From: Octopus sinensis
Taxonomy: Eukaryota
Assembly: GCF_006345805.1 (NCBI RefSeq)
Contig: NC_043010.1
Span: 45,446,001 to 45,510,000 of the forward strand
Reading direction: 5' to 3'
DNA: 64,000 bases
Shown here: positions 23,154 through 36,374 of the stretch, one piece after another
How the letters are laid out: each line of letters starts with the position of its first letter
How positions within the stretch are numbered: the first letter of the stretch is position 1
The notes under the pieces: model-generated
Database searches by the model: none
What the model was told of the DNA's origin: nothing
What the model saw: only the letters and a program-made list of their open reading frames with translations
Made by a program: the position numbers and the translations under genes

Positions 23154-24461
23154 CAAGGTGCATTCATGAAGTTTTGAGACTCTTTTAGGAGAGGCAGTTA
23201 TAATTGCCCTAATTTATTGTAATTTTAGTATATCATTACTATACATCTAATAAGCTGACCTACCAACATTTTTTAAATTCCAGGTTGAAAGGGACAGCTG
23301 TACCAGCACTTGAACACACCTATTTAATATTGCTTGTCACAGCTGACTAGTTTGCAGGATGCTTTTGGGACATGAAGACGATTTGGAAGCCCACTAGGCA
23401 AAAAAGTTTAAAATGCTACAGTAACTTATGAAATGCTCCAGTCTGCTTATGGATTAATTTATGTGAACTGACCATTTGTGTTTTGTTAAGAGGTTCAAGG
23501 ACAGCAGAGAGGAGATGAGAAATGATGGGAGGTGTAGGAGAGAGAGGAATGTCAAACATCAGAGCTGTTTTAGAAAATTCGCAAATATCTAGACGAAGGA
23601 CATCGTGTGTCTATAAAGACAATAACCATACAATTTGGAGTTGGTGTGGAAACTGTACATACACTAATTCATGTAGATTTGAAGATGCACAAAATTTGGG
23701 CAAAGTTTGTTCCTAGAGTGCTCAGTGGCAAACAGAAAGAAAAGTGTATTGGTGACAGCAGGGTGATAGTTGAACTCAGTACCTCCAAGCCAAGAATACT
23801 TGAGTCTCTTGCAACAAAAGCTGAATCTACTGTTATGATCCAGAGATCATGGGAATGCTCAAAGGAAGCATTCTGGCTCTCCCAAACTCAAAAAAGGCCA
23901 AGCAAAGCAAGTCCAGAAAGTTCTTGATGATCCCTTGTTTTGACAAGGGCATCATCTATATCTATATTGTCAGATGATCAATATATATCTATATTGTCAG
24001 ATGATCAACAAAGAATACTTTGCAGAGGTTTCAGAGAGTTCAGGAAGAGATTTCACAAGAGGCCAGAGCTCCTCCACTTAGATCAGTGATACCTGCATCA
24101 TGTCAATGCACCAACACACAATTCTATCCTGGTTACCAACTACTTGACAGACATAAGCATCAAACTGTCCCTCAATCTTCCTACAGTCCAGACTTTGCTC
24201 TTAGTGACTTCTGGATGTTCCTTAAGATGAAGGAGAATATCAGGGGCAGTCATTTTGAATACATCGAGAAGATGAATGAGGCTGTGACAAGTGTCCTGAA
24301 CATCTTCACTTTGGAGGACCTCCATGGGACCTTCACGAAATGGTCGGCGCACTACAAGTGTACTGAGGTCAAAGGCTCCTACTTTGAAAGAGATTAGTGT
24401 TTTGTACTTCTCTGAAATTAGTAAATATCTCTCCTAAAAAAGTCTTTTGGAATGCAGCTTT
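23154..24461 (+). mobile_element. Degenerate full-length mariner
   Basis: HKIWAKFVPRVL and SYSPDFALSDFWMFLKMKE..RG motifs; imperfect TIRs (caaggtgcattc...gactcttttaggagag / ctctcctaaaaaagtc...gaatgcagctt); internal 26-bp tandem duplication near 23960. Confidence 0.85.
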
Positions 24462-25569
24462 ATATATATATATATATATGTAAATGTATACTCACACATA
24501 TATGATGAACAGATGAGGATAAATTATCCAGACAGATACTGTATGAGCACCTAGTTGTAATTGAACCTGGTTCCTGGTTAACCACATCAAGTTGTAAAGA
24601 GCACCTAGGATTGCTAAAGGTGAGCACTCCCACTGTAATTCATTAGATGGGTAAATCCTGGATTTAGTTCACAGGATTACAAATAGTTTATTGAGTGTAT
24701 ATCCAAGACAATTACAGTCAATACAGAGATTAGTAAATCTGCATATTTTTGATTTCTGCAGTCAATTATACAGCATATTTGATTTAAATTTGTTTGACAT
24801 ATGTTTCTGCTGCATAGAAAACTAGTAATTGCATTTGCATAAGCTACTTTCAACACATATATGTGTATACAGACACACACACACACACACATTCATGTGT
24901 GTGTGTGTGTAAAGACAGCTGAGCTTATTAACCAGCACACTAATAATTCTACCAGCTTGCTGTTGCTTTTCTGTCAATTAATAATAAAAACAAAAGCATA
25001 AACATATACACTCATGTTTTGAGTTCTATTTTCCTGTTTACATCACTAAACCACCCAGCTCACACTTTTTCCGACACTTTCACACACAGGGATAGGTACA
25101 GCCATGCACATGTGTGCATGTACATACCTACCCACACTTATATATATACACACACACACACATATGTATATGGGTGACTGAATGTCCATGTTTGCATGAG
25201 TGAGTGCATGTGTGTACCTATTGACAGGATGACCAATGTTTGCTTGTATGTATGTATATGTGTGTGAGCATGCGAGAGTGTGGGCGTATGTGTGTGTGAA
25301 TGTATACATGCACGTGCACACATATGTATATAGATCTGAGTGAGTGTGTGTCTGTGCATGTGTGTTGGTGTAGGCAGCCACAAAGTCTAAAGACCAGAAT
25401 CACATCCCCACTAAAGTTCCTGACCATGCTGTTGTGCTTGACTGCTGTAGCCAGCAGTCAAACATTTACATATGCTAAACCATTAAATCTAAAGCCATAA
25501 ACACCCCCTCCACAGACAAACACACACACACACACACACACCCTCCATTTATTGGATCATCCCATAAAT

Positions 25570-26445
25570 AATGCGTCCTTCATTACTAACAATGCCCAAA
25601 ACCTTGACACTTGCAGGAAATTTTGTGTGCATTATTCTTGAAATCTCAGAAAGGTTTGCACATATCTATCTGTTTATTTCTTCTGTTAGTTTTCTGATCC
25701 TGGTCAAAGTTTTTCTCATCTGAGAAAAACCAAATCATACCATCTGATGGATTTTAAAGTTTGTTCAAAAGTCGTTTGGATCTGATTAAACAGCTTTCTT
25801 TTGTTTTTTTCTGACATGAACTGACCTGCTTTCATCATGTCAGATTTGTATTTGATGTCTTCATGCACAACATATCTGACATGTGATGCCTCCTCACTTT
25901 TTTCCACAAGGCCTTAGGGTGAAGGATGCTGCATATATTGAGTTTCTGGATAAATTTGTTAAGCCTTGGATCAACAGTGTACACAATGGAAAGCCTTATA
26001 TCTTTCAACAAGATTCTGTACAATCACAGAAGGCTCAAATGACACAAGAACGGATGGCCGAGAATTTGCATGATCACATCACCACATCACCCCACAACAT
26101 TTTGCCTTCTAATTCTCCAGATCTCAATCCACTGGACTACTATATATGGAGCATCGTGGAGAAAAATGTCAATGAATATCACCATAGCACCAAAGATTCT
26201 TTGAAATCCCCCATAGTTCAAGTTATGTCCAATATTAACAAGGACCACTTAATCTGAACTTGTAAACGATTTTGACTCTGTGTAGAGGCAGTTATTGATG
26301 CTTATGGTGGTTTTATTGTATGAAATGACAAAATTGATAATTTAGCTTTATGTTTATGTTATTTTTATAAAAATACAGTTCTTTCTGTTATTATATAAGA
26401 GTTTTTTTTAAAACCATAAATCTGTCCTCAAATACCATATGCACC

Positions 26446-26481
<36 letters not shown>

Positions 26482-26912
26482 TTATATATACATATATACA
26501 CTTGCATGCACACATACATACACATGCACACACAAACATAACATGAAATTTTTTTGCAGTTGACCTCATTGATTTTCCTGAATTGTCTTCGATGTTTTGC
26601 TTAACTTCCTGAAAAAATTCAGCTGTCCTGATAGAATCAGAGCATTTGGAATGTTTTTTTACATTTTGATTCAGGTAATACTCTTCCATCTTCTTACTCT
26701 AACTCACACTGAATCTTGTGGACAAAAGATCTTGCAGCTTTCAGAAAGCGAGAAATATCTAAATCACCATGCTTAGCCTTCAAAGCCACAATAACAGCAT
26801 ACCTTTTCATTTCATCAGTAAGCATAGGGCCTGTCATAGTTATTTTCTGAAATAGAAGTAGTCAAATAAAATAATGAGTAAAAATGTATGTGTCCTCAAA
26901 TACCGCCTGCAC
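25570..26912. mobile_element. Rearranged maT/rosa-like (DD37D-type) transposon
   Basis: N-terminus on minus (26912-26540). Middle on minus (25880-25573; FFSDEKNFDQDQK..HTKFPASV). C-terminus on plus (25883-26257; QQDS..SNSPDLNPLDYYIWS). TIR core tgtcctcaaatacc occurs twice in the same orientation. Confidence 0.85.
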
Positions 26913-26970
26913 AGAGAGAGAAGGAGAGAGAAAGAAAGAGAGTGACAGATAGATAAATAGATGATATATA

Positions 26971-27010
<40 letters not shown>

Positions 27011-27390
27011 TATATATATAATATATATATAAAATGAGATAGGGGTTGAAAATTCAACCCGCCTTTACTGTTATGTAATGGTGTAATAAAGTATTGATTG
27101 GGTATCATCTGTTGGTTGATGTTTGATTGATTTAAGTATGTTTCTCCATTTTCTAATTTTGTAGAATATATATATATATATATATATATATAGGAAAAAT
27201 ATAATTCCCACTAAATGTCTCATGATGCCTACATTGCTAGAAATAAGAGCTAAATTGTTCTATTGCTGAAGTAAAAGCACATAGTTGTATACATATATGC
27301 TCACAGGGCTGTAATCACCCAAAAGCACTGATTATATATATATATGTACATATATATGTGCATGCATATATGTGTGTGTGTGTGACTGTG

Positions 27391-27440
<50 letters not shown>

Positions 27441-28217
27441 TGTGTGTGTGACTGTATGTGTGTGCATCTTTGTGTTTGTGTGTATTAAAGTAATATAGTT
27501 TATGTGAAGCATTGTTGTGAAATTAAGTTAAAAGTGTTTTAAATGCCACTGTAATGCAATTTTGAAATAAAGGAGTGAAAACAAAGCAAATATTTACACC
27601 TTTTCCATCTATTACAATATTTCAGCTTTAAAATGCTCTTTTGAAGAGAAAATGCAGAATGATTTTAACTCTGATCTACACTGATCTATTGTAGCGGGGG
27701 AAGAATGATGTGTTGAATAACTCTGATGCATCATGTAACCATTGTCTGTTGCTGATTTTGAGATTTATTTATTTATTTATATTTTAAATAAGAATGATCT
27801 CTTTAATCTTAAAATTTCCAATATTCCATTCAGTGGCTTTGATGGTGGCCATAATGTTCTGCTTACATCTCTCTTGATGTATTTTCAACGGAAGAAGCAT
27901 TTGTATGAACGTGTTCTTTAGAGTAGAAGTGCTTTTTGCAAATTGTGGTACTGATATAAAATTTGCTTCGTTTATTACATATGTTATACACCAACACAAC
28001 CTATGTGCACATGCTCAAGACCACCACCACCACCACCACCATCATACTGTTTAGAGAATAGTTGGCCAATGTGCAGTATTGTATTCTATATAGTGGAAGT
28101 ATCTCTCAGGCAGTCATTTTTCAGGAAAGGCTTAGAATGGTCCTACTGTATATCCAGTACCTTTTTACATTTCATCCAGTGGATTGCAACAATAATTTTA
28201 TCAACATTGTGAACATC

Positions 28218-28725
28218 ATCATCATTTAATGTTCACTTTACATGCTGCCATGGGTTGGCAGGTTTGACTGGAAACTGGTAAGCCAGGGAGCTGCACCAGG
28301 TTCCACTCTGATTTGGCATGGTTTCTACGGCTGGGTGCTCTTTCTAACACCAACCACTCCAAAAGTGTAGTGGCTGGTTTTTACATGCCACCAGCATGAA
28401 TATCATTGATGTGACACTGGCATCGGCCATGAGTACAATCTGATTTGGCTTGACAGGTCTTCTCAGGCATGGTATATTGCCAAAGGTCTCTGACACCTGT
28501 CACTGCCACCATGAGGCCTGCCACTTGAACGGTGTTCTTTACATACCACTGTCATGGGTACCAGTCAGATGGTACTGGCATCAGGCATGACTGATTTCAT
28601 TTTGCTTGACAGGTTTTCTCAAGCACAGCAATATTTGAAAGGTGCTTTTTATGTGCCAGTTACACAACACTGGCATTGGCCATGACTATGGTTTCACTTG
28701 GCTTAACAGGTCTTCTCAAGCATGG
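28218..28725 (-). mobile_element. RTE 3' UTR (R1), older copy
   Basis: catcatcatttaatgttc...ggctgggtgctc.ttctaacaccaaccactcc. Confidence 0.75.
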
Positions 28726-28729
28726 GTTC

Positions 28730-28945
28730 TTGTTGTTGTTGTTTGTTCCTTCTCAAACTATGCCTGGCTCATAAGGGCTGGTTTCCTGGTTTCTTTGGCG
28801 TATAGGTGAGCTGCAAGATGCAGGGGGAAAGAGTGAGAAAAAGTTGTGGCGAAAGAGTCAGCAGAAGTTCCCCATTACCTTCTACTGGAGCTGCGTGGAG
28901 CCGCATTTTCGCTCTTAAACACACACATTGCCCAGTCTGAGATTT
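28730..28945 (-). mobile_element. SINE as at 20695 but lacking the V-like core
   Basis: Aligns with 20695-20992, with a deletion across ggttccctacctggacgggacgccagtccgtcgc. Confidence 0.75.
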
Positions 28946-29501
28946 GAACCCGTGATCCCTCGACAGTTATTTTATAATTGTAAAAGCTGGTACCTTAAAT
29001 TGCATATCTTGAATTTCCTGCCATCAGTCTGCAGAAGTGAATATATGCACATATACGTGCATATGCATGTGTGTGTGTGTGTATGTGTGTGTGTGTGTGG
29101 GGGGGCACATGCAAGTGAGTGTGGTGTGACTGTTTGTCACTTTTAAATTGAGTCATTCTCAGAAGTTTGTAAAATTAGTAGGGGCAAGAAATGTATTAGT
29201 TTTCCTAAGCTAAGTGGTGAAACAAATGTGGGAGAGTGAAATGTTATTCTTCTGAAATTAATACTCACTATAACATAACATAACAAGAAAACTCAGTCTA
29301 AAGCCCAAACTTAGCCAATCTCTTCCTATCACTTGGCTTAAGAAAACTAATAAGTGTCTTCTCTTTACTAACTCAGAAGGCAAAGATATTACAAGGTATA
29401 AATAGCACATTAAATTAATAGGATTTCATATGTATTTAACCTTGAAGAGCTATAACTCTAATATACATGCATATGTGTGTGTATTTTATGTGAATGTATG
29501 T

Positions 29502-29542
<41 letters not shown>

Positions 29543-29924
29543 GCATCAGAGTGTGTTGTTGTTATTTAAACTCAGGCTGTTTTGATCAAGCAGATGCATG
29601 ATCAATGCTGTTCCAGTCATTCCCAAACCATTATTTTGTATTTATGGCAACTACATTGTTAATTTTGTCCTTCATTTTTAAGACAGTGGAGTGTAATTTT
29701 ACAGAGATTTTGCTGCTATTTCTTGCAAGTTAAGAAACCATATAGAAGCTTCTTCATTGGTTTGCCTCTACTGATGTGTATGTGCTGTTGTTTGTACATA
29801 AGTCATCCCAGGTTAGACTGCCCTATAATCAAACACATTCCGGACATGATCATCTTATATGTTTGTCTACACACACATGCACACAAACACACACACATAC
29901 ACACACACACAAACACACACACAT

Positions 29925-29955
<31 letters not shown>

Positions 29956-31051
29956 TGAGGAGGTACCCAAAAGTAATCGGAAATGTTATCTGTGAGACAA
30001 GTCCATTGTAGTTCAGGCTCCTGCTGCTAGAACCCACTTGATTCAACCCTCAGGCATCAGTCTGCCAACTGGCATCATTGCATCAAGTTGTACTGCCATG
30101 TGGTACATCTTTGTTTTGCAGTGCTTCTCCTCTGTTCATCGATTTTTGCAATGGCTGAGATGAAGGAATAGTGTGTTTTCATGTAATTCTGTTTTCTGCC
30201 GGGGAAAACAGTGGCCAAAACTGTTGTCATGTGTCAAAATGCTTACAGAGATGCTGCCATGAGCAAAACACAAATTTACAAGTGGTTTTCACACTTCAGG
30301 AATGGTTACTTGTTGTTTAAAGAACATCCTCATTCAGAGCAACTGTCAACTTCCTTAACTCTTTCGTTACCAACCTGGCTGAAACTGGCTCTGGCTCTGT
30401 TGTACAAATGTCTTGTTTTCATAAGTTCAGAATTAAAATCTTCCACCAAAGCTTAGTTACAATTTATGTTCCTAACACTAGCAGAATGATAACTAAGTTA
30501 TTTTACTACATTCTTTGTTATATTTAAAGTAATTGAAAGAAACACTGAGCATCTCAAAATAAATACAGTAATGAAAGGGTTAATGAATGAAAACATCATG
30601 GAAATTCATGAACTAACCATGGAGGACTGTTGCTGGACAATTAACGAATTTGAGAAGATATGACTGGTGTCTTCTGGGGCTCCTGTCAACGAATTTTGAG
30701 TGAGGAATTGTGAATGAAAAGAGTTGCAACATAATTTGTGCCTTGCTTTATCACAGAAGATCAAAAGCAGTCACGACTGAATAAACTGAAAGAACAGTTG
30801 TGAGTTGATCCGGACCTTTTTTTGAAGGTTATCACAGGTGATGAAAGCTGGTACTACAGAATTTGCAGATGTGGAAGAGGTGAAGGAAAAAAACAACAGT
30901 GGCATTAAAAGGCATCATTTTGCAAAAGTTCAGGACTGCTTCAAACAGTGAAAAATGGAGAATACTTTGAAGGTGATAAAAGTGTAAACATGTAAAACTA
31001 AATGAATAAAATAATATTGCAAAATTCAGGTTTCTTTTGACTACCCCCTCG
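29956..31051 (+). mobile_element. Internally deleted mariner with TIRs
   Basis: TIRs tgaggaggtacccaaaagtaa / tttcttttgactaccccctcg(ta); HTH-region ORF KTVVMCQNAYRDAAMSKTQIYKWFSHFRNG; later KRVAT.FVP and ITGDESW-like motifs. Confidence 0.85.
30355..30583. mobile_element. MITE family B nested in mariner
   Basis: TTAA-CTCTTTCGTTAC ... GTAATGAAAGGG-TTAA. Confidence 0.85.
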
Positions 31052-31453
31052 TATATGTGTATAGGTGTGGCCAGTGGTGGACTGGGTCTAAAAATATTGG
31101 TTGCCAAGAGACTAAGGAGGCCCACCAGCAACTACAAGATGATCATGTCCGGAATGTGTTTGATTATAGGGCAGTCTAACCTGGGATGACTTATGTACAA
31201 ACAACAGCACATACACATCAGTAGAGGCAAACCAATGAAGAAGCTTCTATATGGTTTCTTAACTTGCAAGAAATAGCAGCAAAATCTCTGTAAAATTACA
31301 CTCCACTGTCTTAAAAATGAAGGACAAAATTAACAATGTAGTTGCCATAAATACAAAATAATGGTTTGGGAATGACTGGAACAGCATTGATCATGCATCT
31401 GCTTGATCAAAACTGACAGCCTGAGTTTAAATAACAACAACACACTCTGATGC

Positions 31454-31498
<45 letters not shown>

Positions 31499-32573
31499 AC
31501 ATACATTCACATATATATATATATATATATATACACATTTATGTGTGTCTTTGTCCCCCCAGTATTGCTTCATAATAGATGTTGATGTGTTGACATACTT
31601 GTAACTTAGTGACTCAGTGAAAGAGACTAATAGAATAAGTACTAAGCTTACAAAGAATAAGTGCTGGGTTTGATTTAAGGTGGTGCTCCAGCATGGCTGT
31701 AGTCAAATGACTGAAGCAAATAAAAGAATAAAAAAATAAGTGTGCGTGTGTGTATATATATATATATATATATGGTGAGGTTGCATGTCTTAGTGGTAAG
31801 GGCATTGCATTCACAATTGCAAGATCATGGTCTCAATTCCTGGACTAGGTGGTACATTATGTTTCCTATGCACCTGTGGTTCCCCATGCACATGTTCAGG
31901 TAAAGTTGTTTGTCCTCCCAACATCACATGACAACCGATGCTTGTGTGTTTACGTCCCCATAACTTAGCAGTTCAGCAAAAGAGACCAATAGAATAAGTA
32001 CTAGGCTTACAAAGAATAAGTCCTGGGGTCGATTTGCTCGACTAAAAGGTGGTGCTCCAGCATGGCTACAGTCAAATGATTGAAACAAGTAAAAGAGTAA
32101 AAGAGTATACCTATTTGATTCAAGTTACATCAGACAAAACTATATCCAATGACCAGTACCACCAAATTCAAAACATGAATGAGGTCTCGTATTCTCCCTC
32201 ACCCACCCACATGTGTTGTTGAGTAAAAAATTCTACAGAAAAAACTGCAGTTTATTATCAGGGGAGAATTATATATTTTCTGTAGAATTTGTTGTTTTTT
32301 CCTCTATGCTTACATGAATTGTTTTGAGTATATGTTGTCTGGGAGTTTCTTCTTATAGTAGAAGAAATAGCTAAGTTCTTTGGCTGCTATTTCTAAAGTT
32401 CGGTATGTTGTGAAGCAAATTTTGCTGAACCCTAATTATAATTATACTCATAATTATAAAAAAATATTGTTTAAATTTACCGAAAATGGTCCTTTTAACA
32501 TGCCGAATACTACTTGGTGGAATTATTAATTACTAATTAATTCATTCATTCATTTTACCCTTTATTATTATTG

Positions 32574-32611
<38 letters not shown>

Positions 32612-33554
32612 ACTACATTGCGTCCTTCATTTTTTTAAACACTAGTAATATGAGAGAGATTTGACTGTTATTTTTATGAGGTTGTAGTTTCTTTGTTGAC
32701 TTTATGATGGTGTGTTATGTGTTCACAAAATCCTTTTCTATGAATTTAAGCACTTGTGTATGTCACATGTGAAATGGATAAATAAATAACTTTATTTATA
32801 CAACTATACAAACATTTATATATATATGTGAAATTTAATATAACCAGTAGCACAGTAAAATCTTTACATTTTTTTCCATGTTAGTGTTATACAATAAATC
32901 ACTTGTTTCTGGACCTAATGCTTCAAATTACTTTACCAAGTCACACTAGTTTTTCTTTTTTAATTTATTTAGAGTGAACCACTAAATAATTAAGTCAAGC
33001 TAATTATTTTAAACTGCTCCTCTTCCTCAAAGTAAAATTATTTATTTCTCCTTGGAAACATTCTGTACTTGCTGTCATAAGTTTACTCAGGGTCTTTTGT
33101 TTCACTTTAGCTATTTTAAAGAGCTTCCCTGAAATTCAAGGTTTTATGCCCATGTGAGAGATCAATATTTAATGCTTCAAGAGAACCAGGATGCAGAAAA
33201 TTCATTCAGTGGAGCAGAAGACAAAATGTCACACAAGGTTTAGCAACATCACATTGCATTATGAATTTACTCTTTTGTCAAGGCCAGCTTTGCTTTTTTA
33301 TAATTTCAGGATGGTTGATAAAATAAATTCCAGTGAAATAGTGAGGTTGATATAATTGATTATATTTCTCCCATCACACCACCTTGGGACCACCTTAGAA
33401 GTTGACATTTCAAGATAACAATTATTTCTCATATTTGTGTGAAATTGACTCCAGTACATAGCTGGTATTTCTTCTATTAATCATAAAAAGATTTAAGATA
33501 AAGTCAACATTTGTAGGATTTGAATGCAGAACATAGAGTGACAGAATTAAGCCA

Positions 33555-34620
33555 TCATCATGGCCAGTTTTGATTCTCAATAGCAATCTTCCATTGTGTT
33601 CTGTCTAGTTCTTCTCTTTTTATTTGGTTCCATGTCATCCCTGTCACTTTCAGTTCGTGTTGCACCAAGGTCTGCCAAGTGATCCTCGGTTGCACTGCCC
33701 TCTTTTTCCCTTCTGAGTTTCAATCCAAGGCATTAAGGCTTCCTTCCCAAACACCCCTCTGATCTTCTTAAAACAATTCCTTTATTGATTGGTTCCTACC
33801 TGCCTTTAGCACAGTGGTGACTGTTGCTCACAATTTCTGGATTTCAAATGTTTAGTGACACCTGTTTTTGAATGTTTCATATCTTTTGAGGATATCTCTA
33901 TTCATTTGCCTTGAGTTGGTAACATATAACAAGATGGATTTGATGTTACTATTGAAAATTTACTGGTTAATACATCTGGTCAGTTCCTGCCTTTTAGACA
34001 GGCTTTAAAATGTCCATTATTGTCCATGCTTCATTTTAACATCTTTGTCGCTACCTCTTGTTGCAGGCATCCTACTTCCCAGATATATGTAACATTTCAC
34101 TTCATTCCACATGGAATTTTTCAATTATGACACACAACAGAGTTACTGCTTTCAATTTTCATGAACATTGTCTTTCAAATGTTAACCCTTAGTCTGGTTT
34201 TCACAACTATTTCTGTTAGACTGTTTGCCTTTCTTTTCATGCTTTAAACATTCTGAGATATCAGGTAAATGTCATCCACAAAGTTTCAATAATCTTTAGA
34301 AAATCAACTCTTGAGTCCACTGTATACCTGTTCTTTCATCCGGTTTGGTTTGACACATCACCCAGTCAATCTCCACCAAGATCATCAGTAATACTAGACA
34401 TCCTAGCTTCACTCCACTCTGTACATTGAAAGGTTTGAAATTCTTCCATTGTATCTCACTTGGCTATATCTTTGTAGAGCTGTTGTATGATATTAACAAG
34501 CATGTTGGAGATTCTGTAGTGGCGGAAAAGATCCCAAATTACTTTCCTGTTAGCCCTATTGAAAGCTTTTTCAAAGTCCGTAGTTAAATTAAAGAGTGAG
34601 GAATGTGAAATTTCTGTAAC
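33555..34620 (-). mobile_element. Degenerate RTE-clade LINE (second family)
   Basis: Minus strand gives ...PRITWQTLVQHELKVTGMTWNQIK and upstream RT-like remnants. Confidence 0.65.
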
Positions 34621-34704
34621 AGCTTGATGCTGATATGGAGTATAAGAATCTAGTTAAAGCAAGGTTTATCCATTCTAAGTTCTGCTTGTTTTGTCCTTAA
34701 CATA

Positions 34705-36374
34705 CACTTGCGTCAGAAATTAATTAGCACTTCTCAAATTTCTACATTTTCTTACATTTTCTTAATTTAATTAACTTATTATCAGAAACGAACCCGTTTT
34801 TAATCAAAAATTTATTAAAACATATCCCAACATACCACATAATAGTCAATATCTTGTTGCTCCTCCTTTGGCAGCAATGACAGCTGCTACGCGGGCCGGC
34901 ATGCTGTCTATGAGCGCCTGCAGGTACTGTGCAGGGATAGCCCTCCATGCAGCAAGAAGTGCCCCAAACAGCTCGTGTCGGTTCCTGTATTGCTGCACAT
35001 TCAAATCCCTACCTAATCGACTCCAGAGGTTCTCAATAGGGTTCAGGTCAGGTGACTGGCCAGGCCAGGCTAGGCCAGTCCATGACCGTCACACTATGGT
35101 CCTTGAAGAAACCGGTTTTGAGCTTGGCTGTGTGGGGAGGCGCGTTGTCCTGCTGGAGCACGTACTCCTCGCCACCAAAGAGGTATCCCGCAGAGGGTAG
35201 GGTAGCATTCCGTACTATCCCAACGTACTTTGCTGCGTTGATGTTGCCTTCGACGGCATAGAGCCGCCCAACACCACTGTAGCTGAACGCCCCCCACACC
35301 ATCAGACCATGTGCGGCGTCGCACATGGACAGGCTTGTCACTGACGAGACTGAATCGCGACTCGTCAGTGAACATCACTGTCCGCCACTGCTGCACGGTC
35401 CATGTCTTGTGGGCACGGGCCAAGAGCAGCCGCCTCTTCCAGTTTTGGGCTGTAAGGAGCGGCTTACGGGCGGCCCTACAGGATTTTAGACCAGCTTCCA
35501 GTAATCTGGTCTTGACGGTGATTGTAGACAACTGCTTCCCTGTCACCTTTTGCATCTCCTCCGCCAGTTGCCGGCTCCTTGCCCTTCGGTTGTTCAGCGA
35601 CTTTCGGATCAGTATCCGGTCCTCCTGCTGGGTCGTCAGCTTCTTCTGTCCCCTACCCTTTTTGTCAGCTGCTGATCCAGTTTCTTCGTATTTCTTAAAT
35701 AAGCACTGAATTGTGCGCCTGGCTACACCAAGTTTTCTGGCTATTGCAGCCTCCGACAGCTTCCCACGCCACGAGAGAGCCTCGTACCGTCTCTCCAAGG
35801 TCATGCAAGGTCTTGGGCCCATCTAGGAATGAACGATAAAAACCAGTTATTTTCATTAAAACTATTCATTTGAATAATGTTATGCTATAACAAAACTACT
35901 ATGAGTTATTATTCATTAAACAAAAAAGAAAGAAAGCAGAATTTCTCACTTTATTTGATGTATAACAGAAAGTTTTGTGAACCGGAAGTGACGTCACGAA
36001 GCAGAGTGTAGGAGAATTTGTGAGGAAAAAAAATCTTGCAAATACACAAATCAATTAACCTACAAGCTGTTCAAAACGTCTTACGCGATGAGAAAACTTA
36101 GTACGGTGTGATTTCGGTCCTTGCGAGGCGCTACCTATATCTATTAAACAAAGGAAGATTTGTCTGCATCTGCACTCCAAGTTGTTGTTGCACTGCTATG
36201 TCAACATCATTAGGCTGTAGACTCTCAAACCGCTCTGCAAACAAAGTTACGTCATCGTTCTGTGCAACAGTGAACTCGCAACAAAGCAATAGTTCGAGAT
36301 ATGGCCACTAGGTGACAGCACATACCTTGAGTGAAGAGCAAATCAAGGGTGCTAATTAATTTCTGACGGTAGTG
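34705..36374 (-). mobile_element. Near-full-length Tc1 (DD34E) with 26-bp TIRs and TA TSD
   Basis: TA-cacttgcgtcagaaattaattagcac ... gtgctaattaatttctgacggtagtg-TA (2 mismatches). Confidence 0.95.
34846..35822 (-). pseudogene. Tc1 transposase with an internal deletion/frameshift and a 10-bp insertion
   Basis: Paired-type HTH, GR.K, ARKP, FTDESRF, MVWGAF, QQDNAPPH and reconstructed WPGQSPDLNPIENLW; 34 residues between D and E; ends AAKGGATRY*. Confidence 0.92.

Larger units (their letters stand above)
29487..31513. repeat. ~370-bp near-perfect inverted duplication (29487-29856 / 31136-31513)
   Basis: Arms are reverse complements except for a 4-bp indel and a 4-bp difference in (TG)n length. 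Confidence 0.95.

Noticed and set aside
22774-23188. MYVC/HTYI, poly-V, poly-T and HT-repeat ORFs here and elsewhere
   Set aside because: Translations of microsatellites.
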